The notes beneath the pieces were generated by a model. It saw nothing but the letters and a program-made list of their open reading frames with translations, ran no database searches and was not told the origin of the DNA. 12,233 nt of DNA from Leptospirales bacterium (GTDB taxonomy: Bacteria > Spirochaetota > Leptospiria > Turneriellales > JAOUFE01). A program made the position numbers and the translations under genes. The DNA is taken from the NCBI GenBank assembly GCA_040326155.1, contig JBEQLE010000085.1, positions 4,122 through 16,354 of the forward strand, written 5' to 3'. Positions 1 through 8,004 of this stretch are shown in pieces (within the stretch, counting starts at the first letter, position 1; every line of letters begins with the position of its first letter).

Positions 1-58
1 CGAGGATGTGAAAAAGAAAGGGCAAAAAGAACTGAAGAAAAAAATTCCAGGGTTCTAA
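1..58 (+). CDS. 3' end of a gene entering from outside the window (…EDVKKKGQKELKKKIPGF*), product unknown
   Basis: Frame from base 2 is open to TAA at 56-58. Purine- and Lys/Glu-rich, and followed by a terminator-like hairpin. Confidence 0.6.
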   Translation, partial: EDVKKKGQKELKKKIPGF

Positions 59-84
59 TAATGATCTAAATAAATTAGCAAATT

Positions 85-122
85 AAATGCACATGGGAAG
101 AAAAAACCTTCCATGTGCATTT
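85..122. terminator. Hairpin, probable bidirectional terminator between convergent genes
   Basis: aaatgcacatgggaag (85-100) pairs with cttccatgtgcattt (108-122) with one bulge. Lies between stops at 58 (+) and 147 (-). Confidence 0.7.
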
Positions 123-146
123 CAGTAATATACTGCCTTGGTCAAA

Positions 147-398
147 TTAATTTCTTGCGTATGTTTTAGCGTTCTGCAAAGCAGATTTATCAAGACTCCA
201 TATAGAAACTGTATCTATTTTTGGGTATTTTTGCAACAATGCCATTATTACCTGGTAATCGCGCGAAGCCCCTAATAAGGTATTTCTGAACCTTTGGTAA
301 TCTTTGGCACCCAAAAAGCCCATTGTATTTGCCGCATTTTTAATAAAGCGGTATTGCAGCCTGATAATTGAGATTAGTTTTTCCGGTGTATTAATCAT
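147..398 (-). CDS. Small basic hypothetical protein (83 aa), possibly HTH-like
   Basis: Strong RBS AAAAGGAG (about 405-412) upstream of ATG 398, which favours this start over 419. AT-rich upstream region and a downstream hairpin. Confidence 0.65.
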   Translation of the reverse strand: MINTPEKLISIIRLQYRFIKNAANTMGFLGAKDYQRFRNTLLGASRDYQVIMALLQKYPKIDTVSIWSLDKSALQNAKTYARN

Positions 399-588
399 AT
401 TTATTCTCCTTTTAAACAATTTTGAAATAAGAATACATATAGTTACTTCAAAATGTTAAGGCACGGTTTATTATCGGACATATATTTGCAATAAAATTAT
501 TAATATCTTCTTGCATTTTTTAACTTTTTTTTTGTGATATTGAATGAAAATAGGGCAATGAATGGTGAACTATCGAAAAGATTAACTA

Positions 589-615
589 CGCATGGAAAGA
601 AATTCTTCCCATGCG
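589..615 (-). terminator. Hairpin terminator of the ABC operon
   Basis: Minus strand CGCATGGGAAGA-ATT-TCTTTCCATGCG is a 12-bp stem with one G-U, just downstream of the permease stop at 644. Confidence 0.65.
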
Positions 616-643
616 CATTCCAATTGTATGTGTGTTTTCCTCT

Positions 644-1849
644 CTACATTCTCAAAGCGTCTGCCGGCAAATATCTTTTAATGTACCTGCTCGGTAGCAT
701 AGAAGCCAGAATCGGCACAATCAGGGCGAGAAAAATTACCGCAATTAAGTCTGTGGGATTAACATGAGGGTATAAAATATACTCCATCGGGTAACCGACC
801 CCTTTCATTGCATCACCCAGATCTATCCCGGTTATAGACAGGACATAGATAAGCAACCAGCCGATTATTACACCGGGAATACCACCGATGACGCCAATTA
901 AAGCTCCCTCGGTTGTAAACATTCTGAAAAGCTGTTTTTCTGAAAAACCCAATGCCTTCATGGTTCCAATTTCACGCATTCTCTCAAAAATTGCCATGAG
1001 CATTGTATTAATAATTACAATGCAGGCAAGAAAAAGTATGGCGAATTCGATTACCAGATAGATCATCTTGGCGGTATCGATATAACCATACAGGCCACCC
1101 ATTTGTTCTATATAGGTCTTGGCCGTTACTCCGTCTTGTAACATTAAACTGATTTTTTCTTTTACCTCTTTTGTAGCTTCTTCATCGGTATTGCCATATA
1201 CGAGAATTTCGGTGGCATTACCGCCAAGTTTCAACAGGCGTTCGGCCTCCTTCATCGGCAAATACAAAAACCGTTCATCATAATCAATGACTTTGGTTTC
1301 AATAATCGCTTTAATTGGAAGTTTCAGCCCGTTCAGACCACCCATCGAAGTTTGCGTCGCAATCAAAAGGTCGTCCCCCAGTTTTTTATCCAGTTTTTCA
1401 GCAAGCCTGTTGCTAATGTAAATACCGGGTTCATCAAGCGAACCCTCAATCACCTTCTCTCGTAGATTTAACTTGTTGTTGTCTATATCAACAGCAACTC
1501 CGAGTACGGGAACAGGGGCATTGTCTTTAAACAGCAAGATACCGAACTTAATGCGTTTTTCAACACTTTCAACGCCTTCCACTTTTTCAATATCTTGAAT
1601 CAAGTTATTGGAGCCGGGTACAAGCTCATCTACTGGCATAAATTTTTCCCGTCCAATAAACTCTTCGGTAGTTACACGAACATGCCCGGTCTGGTATCGT
1701 ACAAAGCTGCTGAGCATCATATCCATCATCCCGTTTACGTAACCATAGGCAAGGCCGACAAACAAAGCGCCGAAAAATACCGACAGTGCGCTGACAATCG
1801 TTCGTTTTTTGTTTCGAAAAATATTTCTAAATGCAAATTTTAAAATCAT
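644..1849 (-). CDS. ABC transporter permease, FtsX/MacB/LolE-like family
   Basis: N-terminal AFRNIFRNKKRT plus TM helix, large periplasmic domain, ERMREIGTMKALG motif, three C-terminal TM helices, ends PADALR. RBS AGGAGG. Confidence 0.93.
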   Translation of the reverse strand: MILKFAFRNIFRNKKRTIVSALSVFFGALFVGLAYGYVNGMMDMMLSSFVRYQTGHVRVTTEEFIGREKFMPVDELVPGSNNLIQDIEKVEGVESVEKRIKFGILLFKDNAPVPVLGVAVDIDNNKLNLREKVIEGSLDEPGIYISNRLAEKLDKKLGDDLLIATQTSMGGLNGLKLPIKAIIETKVIDYDERFLYLPMKEAERLLKLGGNATEILVYGNTDEEATKEVKEKISLMLQDGVTAKTYIEQMGGLYGYIDTAKMIYLVIEFAILFLACIVIINTMLMAIFERMREIGTMKALGFSEKQLFRMFTTEGALIGVIGGIPGVIIGWLLIYVLSITGIDLGDAMKGVGYPMEYILYPHVNPTDLIAVIFLALIVPILASMLPSRYIKRYLPADALRM

Positions 1850-1864
1850 AATCGTATCCTCCTG

Positions 1865-3088
1865 TCATCGTACTGTTCTTAAGCATTCGACTGGTTGCAT
1901 TTTCATAACTTTTCTTGCGGGTAACCAACTGGCAAAAACACTGCCAAAGGTACACAACACAATCGCTGTTACAAAATCGCCTGCAACATAAGTAGATTTA
2001 ATGACGCCAATCATTGCCATACTGCCAGATCCACCGGCGCCTTTCATTATTTCCGTAAAATCAATACCTACCGTAACAAAGTAGATGTTTACAATAGCAC
2101 CGACAATACAACCGAATACGGAACCGGCAAAACCGATTAAGAGCCCTTCGGCAATAAACAGATTTGTCACTTCTCGGTCTTTCATTCCCATCGCTTTTAA
2201 CGTTCCAATTTCACGGCGTTTTTCGTATACCGAAATCAATATAGTATTTACCACACCGATCATCGCGATAATAAGAATTAAAAAAACAATTCCCGATGAG
2301 TATTGTTTTTTCATCTCCGTGAGTTCGGCAAAACCGTGGGAAATACTTTTCCAACTTTCGACTTTGTAAGCAGGTAATTCGGCCTTCAATTCGGTTTCAT
2401 ATTCGAGAGCGCCTTCGACGCTGTCCGTCATGATGGTAATTTCACCCGGCAAATCTGTTGACAAATATTCTGTAAGGAAATCGGTTCTTAAATAAGCTTT
2501 CGCCATATTCGACGCAGGGTCGGGCGAAAAAATTAATCCGCTTACCCAGGTGGTAATCGATGTATACATTCCGTATTTATCGCGAAACGTAAGGTAGAAC
2601 TCATCGCCAAGCAAAAGGCCCATCTCCTTGGCTAGCTCTGTTCCAATTAAAGCGCCGTCGGGGGCCAACTCGCCTTCTACAATAAACTTTTTCAAATTGA
2701 ATACTTTGTCGTCGGTTTCGTAGTCAATGCCAACTCCCATAATGGGGGTAGAGTCGACTCCATTGTCGATTTCGGTAAAGAAAGTTATTCGTTTGGTGTA
2801 ACCTTTCACATACTCTTTGGAGTCCAATACCCTGGTGACCGCATTCGGATTTTCAACAAGATAATCGAGGTCATAAGGTCGGTCCTTGTCGAACTTAATG
2901 TGTCTAACTTTCAGGTGGCCTGTTTCAAAATTAATGACATTTTCAAATGAACTTCTATCCCAACCCGTCATCATACCGGAGATGAAGATGAAAAGCGTAA
3001 CACCAAAGGTGATCATAATCAATGTCAAAAGAGCTCTCTTTTTGGACCGGAGAACATTTTTTAAAGCAAGCTGCAATATATATTTCAT
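1865..3088 (-). CDS. ABC transporter permease, FtsX/MacB/LolE-like family (paralog of 644..1849)
   Basis: ALKNVLRSKKR, EKRREIGTLKAMG and PVECLR motifs. Start placed at ATG 3088 because AAGGAGGA (3093-3100) precedes it and overlaps the ATPase stop. Confidence 0.93.
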   Translation of the reverse strand: MKYILQLALKNVLRSKKRALLTLIMITFGVTLFIFISGMMTGWDRSSFENVINFETGHLKVRHIKFDKDRPYDLDYLVENPNAVTRVLDSKEYVKGYTKRITFFTEIDNGVDSTPIMGVGIDYETDDKVFNLKKFIVEGELAPDGALIGTELAKEMGLLLGDEFYLTFRDKYGMYTSITTWVSGLIFSPDPASNMAKAYLRTDFLTEYLSTDLPGEITIMTDSVEGALEYETELKAELPAYKVESWKSISHGFAELTEMKKQYSSGIVFLILIIAMIGVVNTILISVYEKRREIGTLKAMGMKDREVTNLFIAEGLLIGFAGSVFGCIVGAIVNIYFVTVGIDFTEIMKGAGGSGSMAMIGVIKSTYVAGDFVTAIVLCTFGSVFASWLPARKVMKMQPVECLRTVR

Positions 3089-3098
3089 CATATCCTCC

Positions 3099-3770
3099 TT
3101 ATTTTTCAATCATCCCGTCTCGAATTTTATAAAGTTTTTTCGCGACGTCCATTACCGCCTTGTCGTGAGTTGAAAAAATAAAAGTCACTCCGTCGTCGGC
3201 GTTCAACTTTTTCATCAGCTTAATAATATCCTGGCTGGTTTTAGAGTCAAGGTTGGCTGTCGGTTCATCTGCCAAAATAATTTTTGGTTTTTTCACCAAC
3301 GCGCGAGCGATAGAAACCCTTTGCTGTTGACCGCCGGAAAGTTCCAGAGGCATTCTTTTTTCAAAACCTTCCAGTCCTACTTCCTTCAACACATTAGCCA
3401 CAAGTTCGGCGATTTTTGCGTCATCGAATGTTCCAAGAAGCTTTAGAGGCATCTCGACATTTTCTCCGACGTTTAACACGGGAATCAAGTTGTAGGTTTG
3501 AAATATAAACCCAAAACTCTGTTTTCGCACTTCTGACAACTCTTTCGCTTTTTTAGTCATTAAGTCATGACCGTCCAAAGTAATAGATCCGCTTTCACCT
3601 TTATCAAGAAGTCCTATACAGTTTAATAAAGTTGTTTTACCCGAACCGGATGGACCGGCAAAGGCAATAAAATCACCTTCCTGGACAGAAACAGTGACAT
3701 CTTTCAAAGCCTGCAAGTTAATTTTCCCCGTGTGATAAGTTTTATTCAAATTTTTAACTTCGAGTAACAT
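3099..3770 (-). CDS. ABC transporter ATP-binding protein, LolD/MacB-type
   Basis: Walker A GPSGSGKT, FIFQTYNL Q-loop, LSGGQQQR signature, Walker B ILADEPT, STHD H-loop. RBS GGAGG. Confidence 0.96.
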   Translation of the reverse strand: MLLEVKNLNKTYHTGKINLQALKDVTVSVQEGDFIAFAGPSGSGKTTLLNCIGLLDKGESGSITLDGHDLMTKKAKELSEVRKQSFGFIFQTYNLIPVLNVGENVEMPLKLLGTFDDAKIAELVANVLKEVGLEGFEKRMPLELSGGQQQRVSIARALVKKPKIILADEPTANLDSKTSQDIIKLMKKLNADDGVTFIFSTHDKAVMDVAKKLYKIRDGMIEK

Positions 3771-3795
3771 AGTATCCTCCGTAACATTATATTCC

Positions 3796-4860
3796 TTAAA
3801 ATTTTCCCTCTGCGCGTATCATCGTTATCAAATCTCCCGCTCGTGTTGTTGAAAACTCCTCGTTTCCGTCTGCGGTAAAAAATGATACTTGTAACGTTAA
3901 ACTCAATCCACTGGTCAAAACGATCACGGTGGAGGGAATAATAACCGCACTGTAATCAATTAAGTTTACAAAAGCGGACAACTGCACACTCCAGAATTCA
4001 TCAATGCTACCCACGACGGACAAAAGTCCATAATGGCGCGCCAGTAAAAATGATTCCGTAGTCGCAATATATTTCGAGGGCGACGTGGCCCCCGCTTCGT
4101 TATAATAGTAAAGTGCACTCACGAGCAAATCACCGTCTATAAAGCTATAGTCCAATCCGACAGTAGCTTCCGAATAATCGGGTACATACGAATCGTCCGA
4201 ATGAACCGCCCAGGACCCCTGGACGCCCACAAACAAATCGCCTTTAAAAAAGGCTCCCGAAATATTGTTATCAGGCCCGACATGGTTGTGTACCAGACCA
4301 AGATCGAAAGTTCCCAGATGGACCGTTGGGGAAACTCCCCACATCAACTCTTCCGGCGTTGTGTTTGCGACATAGGTTGTTATTCCACTTGTATCTTGCC
4401 AGGAAAAGTAGTGTTCCAAAGCCAGTAATCCTTCGCGAGCATAACCCAAATCTGCAAAATTCACACTTTTATCAAATTCAAAGGGATTAAACACACCGGT
4501 ATTTCCAAAATTCACATAAGTTTTACCGAGTGTAAAATCTCCGACTGTCGAATAGTACCGAACAAAACCTCGCATCAATTCCACATTGTAGTCACCGTAT
4601 AACGCGGCGATCTCTCCGCCATAAAGATATAAACGGGCGTCGGCGTAGTATTTCCAGTCCAACCGTTTTGCCTCAAAAAGCAAACGATTCTCCAGAACAT
4701 TATGAAACTGGTAATCATCCGGGTTCGAAGTTTTTATTACATACGCATCGTTTCGTAACAACCCGTTAATTTCAAGCGCTCCGTCATCTCCAGTAAAAAC
4801 CGAAGATGTAAAAGTTAAAAAAACGAACGCCAGCCCGAATAATTTTCCCGTTAGTTTCAC
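3796..4860 (-). CDS. Secreted protein, probable outer-membrane beta-barrel
   Basis: GTG start with AAGGAGG RBS, signal-peptide-like N-terminus, alternating aromatic/Gly strands, C-terminal Phe (IRAEGKF), operon position next to the LolA-like gene. Confidence 0.72.
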   Translation of the reverse strand: MKLTGKLFGLAFVFLTFTSSVFTGDDGALEINGLLRNDAYVIKTSNPDDYQFHNVLENRLLFEAKRLDWKYYADARLYLYGGEIAALYGDYNVELMRGFVRYYSTVGDFTLGKTYVNFGNTGVFNPFEFDKSVNFADLGYAREGLLALEHYFSWQDTSGITTYVANTTPEELMWGVSPTVHLGTFDLGLVHNHVGPDNNISGAFFKGDLFVGVQGSWAVHSDDSYVPDYSEATVGLDYSFIDGDLLVSALYYYNEAGATSPSKYIATTESFLLARHYGLLSVVGSIDEFWSVQLSAFVNLIDYSAVIIPSTVIVLTSGLSLTLQVSFFTADGNEEFSTTRAGDLITMIRAEGKF

Positions 4861-4862
4861 AT

Positions 4863-5591
4863 CTACCTCCTTAAATTTCCTGTTGTAAACACTTTACTCG
4901 GAATCTTAATGTTAAAAGCCACGCTTATAAATTCAAGTGTGGTTAAAGAGTCCTTTCTTCGCATATCCCGAATTTCAATTTTCATGGGTACATAACGTCC
5001 CTGGACCGTTTTTACATTAGACTGCTCCATGGTTTTAATCAAGCGATCACCTCTGGCATAAAGATCCATTTTCAAAGCGACCGGACGTTTTTTATCAACA
5101 TAGACCACCTGTTTGGCATATAAAGCGTCTCGCACTTTAGCAATCAACTCAACCTTATAGCAGTCAACGCCTCGAATTTTTTCTGAGCCGATAAGTTTAA
5201 CATCATAAATATCTTCAAGTTCCTCATCGCGCATCATGTCTTCATAAGAGAGGTCGCTACCCATCATTCCCTGCCGCAACATATGGCCAGAAATTTTCAG
5301 CGTGTCGTCGGCTTCGGGAAGGTAAATCCAAAGCTGGTCATCCATTTTCAGATACTTCACCCCTTTGTCTTCAGGGTTTGTAAATTCCATAAAAGACTTA
5401 TTGCCTCGTTCCATACCGTAACCGGTGAAAGTTTTCACCAGGGTTCTTTTCCCTTTTTGAATGGTCATTTTAACGGAATACTTCTGGGTGTTGTATCCCT
5501 TGTTTTGATCTAAATTTCGAATAATTTGCAGCCCCGTCACGGCAAATAAAAAGGCGGGTACAAGCAAAAATAAAATTATCCATCTTTTCAT
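4863..5591 (-). CDS. Outer membrane lipoprotein-sorting protein (LolA-like fold)
   Basis: Signal peptide and family-typical motifs FTNPEDKGVKYL, LWIYLP and MMGSDLSYED. ATGA overlap with the TetR stop. Confidence 0.88.
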   Translation of the reverse strand: MKRWIILFLLVPAFLFAVTGLQIIRNLDQNKGYNTQKYSVKMTIQKGKRTLVKTFTGYGMERGNKSFMEFTNPEDKGVKYLKMDDQLWIYLPEADDTLKISGHMLRQGMMGSDLSYEDMMRDEELEDIYDVKLIGSEKIRGVDCYKVELIAKVRDALYAKQVVYVDKKRPVALKMDLYARGDRLIKTMEQSNVKTVQGRYVPMKIEIRDMRRKDSLTTLEFISVAFNIKIPSKVFTTGNLRR

Positions 5592-6190
5592 TTTTTACCT
5601 CCATTTTTTACATTGTGATTTTCGGGACGTGAAATCCCAAAGAAAAAAAGATTCATAATTTGTTCAGTCCTTTCGTGTACATCTGGAAACAGATGCATCA
5701 TCCCTTTATCCTGATAAAGTTTTGCATAAACGTCCAGAAGGTAGATAAAGTATTCAGATGTAATGCCTTTGCGCAAAACGCCTTCTTTCTTTACGAGTTT
5801 AAATAAAGTAATCGTTAATTCCACGTTTTCCACTTGTTTGGAAAAAAGGTGTTCTTTCAGCACATGGTCTGACAATATATCTTCCAGAAAAATTTCACCA
5901 AGATTAGTTTGCTGGCTGTGCTTCATCCTGATAATATCGTTAATCTTCTCATAACAATCCGCCGACTTTTCCATTATACTTTTGAACATAACCACGCCCT
6001 CAGTTACCACATGGTCCAATACGGCCTTCGCCAGGGTATGCTTATTCTCAAAATCTTTGTAAAACGTCATTTTACTTGTCCCGGCCTCTTCACAGATCTC
6101 CTCGATACTCACCTTCTTAAAACCATACCGGTGAAATAAAACCCGAGCGGCTGTCAAAATCGCCAAATGTTTTTTACTTTTGTCACTCAT
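5588..6190 (-). CDS. TetR/AcrR family transcriptional regulator
   Basis: N-terminal HTH ILTAARVLFHRYGFKKVSIEEICEEAGTSKMTFYKDFENK; 200 aa. Confidence 0.93.
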   Translation of the reverse strand: MSDKSKKHLAILTAARVLFHRYGFKKVSIEEICEEAGTSKMTFYKDFENKHTLAKAVLDHVVTEGVVMFKSIMEKSADCYEKINDIIRMKHSQQTNLGEIFLEDILSDHVLKEHLFSKQVENVELTITLFKLVKKEGVLRKGITSEYFIYLLDVYAKLYQDKGMMHLFPDVHERTEQIMNLFFFGISRPENHNVKNGGKK

Positions 6191-6202
6191 AACTACTTAC
6201 AT

Positions 6203-6230
6203 AGTATACGATATTCGTCCAGATCGTCCA
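6203..6230 (-). promoter_or_regulatory. Putative sigma70 promoter of the TetR-ABC operon
   Basis: Minus strand TGGACG (6230-6225), 16 nt, TATACT (6208-6203); 12 nt then separate the -10 from the ATG, with no Shine-Dalgarno. Confidence 0.45.
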
Positions 6231-6292
6231 CTTTTTAGGTAAAGAAGTCGCTCATTATCGGTTTTTTGTGAACTAAAATACTTTGGAACAGG

Positions 6293-6318
6293 CTTTTAAA
6301 AACCACGCTTTTTAAAAG
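6293..6318. repeat. Perfect 10-bp inverted repeat (REP-like or terminator)
   Basis: cttttaaaaa-ccacgc-tttttaaaag. Confidence 0.6.
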
Positions 6319-6346
6319 TAAAAGCCTTCAAACAATAATCGAACGG

Positions 6347-6534
6347 AGCGACTACAAAAAAACCGCAGGATTTTTTTGTAAACTAAAGGAGGGGCAAGTC
6401 TGCCCCTTCGTTTTGGCAATTTTGCAAGGCAAAATGCGCCGCCACTATCCCCGACATATTAAAGTCTCGGGACTATAGAAACGCAGGTATTTTCGTGGAA
6501 TGGGTGGTAAGATACACCGGAATGTGCAGTCGCT
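6347..6534. mobile_element. Putative MITE-like or dispersed structured repeat (188 bp)
   Basis: Terminal inverted repeats agcgactaca / tgcagtcgct (9/10 match), at least four internal hairpins, no ORF. Multi-copy status cannot be seen in this window. Confidence 0.5.
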
Positions 6535-6601
6535 GATCAAAAACTAAATATGCTAGGTAATAGAATCGGCAACTTTTAGGGCTATAGCATAGAATCGCTC
6601 T

Positions 6602-7996
6602 CTATTTAAATTCAAATCGATCCTTACCATTTTCTTTTGCTTTGTATAGAAAACTATCTGCTTCTTTTATCATGTCGTCTGCAGTTATTCCATCACTATA
6701 TTGACTTAATCCACCACTCACAGTGATGGTCAAATCGGTTTTTGGAATTTTGGTTTCTTTGATCTTGTTCTGAATATTATTGAGTAAATCCAAGACTTGA
6801 TCTGAAGAAGTTTCGGGGTAAACAATTAAAAACTCCTCTCCACCATATCTGCCGATTGAATCTGTAGATCGAATCGTCTGTGATATAATTTTCGTAATAA
6901 TAATTAATACTTCATCACCCATTTGATGCCCATAAGTATCATTTATTCGTTTGAAATTGTCAATATCAATCAAGGCGATACAGAATGAATGTTTGTATCT
7001 TTTACTTCGCGCCATTTCACTGTCTAAATTATGTAAAATACAACGCCTGTTGAGTATTTGTGTAAGTTCATCTGTTAATGACATTACCCTAAATTTTTCT
7101 TTTTCGTTTTCTAGTTCCAGGGTTCTATCCAAAACTTTTTGCTCTAACTCTTTATTTAATATCTGCAGTTCAATTGTTCTTTGTTTAAGATTCATCTTCA
7201 AATTGTAACTTTGTATTGCCTGTTTCAAGGTGAGTAAAAAATCTTTTTCGTCCCAAGGCTTAGTCACAACTCGATATAACCCACCATGATTGACAGAATC
7301 AATAACACCTTCAAGAGTGGCTTGACCAGTGAGCATAATGTTCATTGAGTTAGAGCCTGTATCTACAAGCTTTTTAAGGAAAACATCTCCTGTCATGCCC
7401 GGCATAATGTAGTCTGTTACAATTACTGGAATATGAACATTATCACGTTGTAGCTCTTCCAGTATTTCAAAACCTTCCTCACCACTCATTGCTAGCTCTA
7501 TATCGTATCTTTCTCCGTGTTCTTGTTTCATTTGAGCTAATAAACTATTTAATATTAATTGTTCATCATCAATACATAGAATTACTTGTTTCGATCTATT
7601 TAGGGCTTCTTCGATGGCTACAACTAGCTCATTCTTGTCCCATGGTTTAGATAAACAACATGTGAGATGGGCTTTCTCTTCTGCTTCCGATACAGCAGCT
7701 TCACTAGCATGACCAGTGAGCATAATACTGCGTATAGATGGATATTTTTCATATATTTGAATAAGGAATTCATCGCCTTTCATATCTGGCATAAGCCAAT
7801 CAGACACAATGAGAACGAGCTTTGTGTTGCCTGATTTTTGAATCTCTTCAATAATTTCAATCGCTTCAGGAGCACTCGAAGCGGCTTCAATTATGTAAGC
7901 ATCAAAAAGTTCCTCTTGAAGTTGGGAAACCAGACTATGAAGGACTGTCGGGTCATCATCAACACAAAGTATAACTTCTTGCTTAGTTGTATTCAT
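6602..7996 (-). CDS. Diguanylate cyclase response regulator (REC-REC-coiled coil-GGDEF)
   Basis: Two receiver domains (VDDD/SDWLMP/LTG/KPW and IDDE/TDYIMP/LTG/KPW), DELT, DIDNFKRINDTYGH, RSTD I-site, GGEEF active site. RBS AGGAG. Confidence 0.95.
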   Translation of the reverse strand: MNTTKQEVILCVDDDPTVLHSLVSQLQEELFDAYIIEAASSAPEAIEIIEEIQKSGNTKLVLIVSDWLMPDMKGDEFLIQIYEKYPSIRSIMLTGHASEAAVSEAEEKAHLTCCLSKPWDKNELVVAIEEALNRSKQVILCIDDEQLILNSLLAQMKQEHGERYDIELAMSGEEGFEILEELQRDNVHIPVIVTDYIMPGMTGDVFLKKLVDTGSNSMNIMLTGQATLEGVIDSVNHGGLYRVVTKPWDEKDFLLTLKQAIQSYNLKMNLKQRTIELQILNKELEQKVLDRTLELENEKEKFRVMSLTDELTQILNRRCILHNLDSEMARSKRYKHSFCIALIDIDNFKRINDTYGHQMGDEVLIIITKIISQTIRSTDSIGRYGGEEFLIVYPETSSDQVLDLLNNIQNKIKETKIPKTDLTITVSGGLSQYSDGITADDMIKEADSFLYKAKENGKDRFEFK

Positions 7997-8004
7997 TAAA
8001 ACTC

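Noticed and set aside
3089..3109. Longer N-terminus (MKNKEDM) of the permease in the ORF track
   Set aside because: It overlaps the ATPase 3' end and contains the AAGGAGG RBS positioned for ATG 3088.
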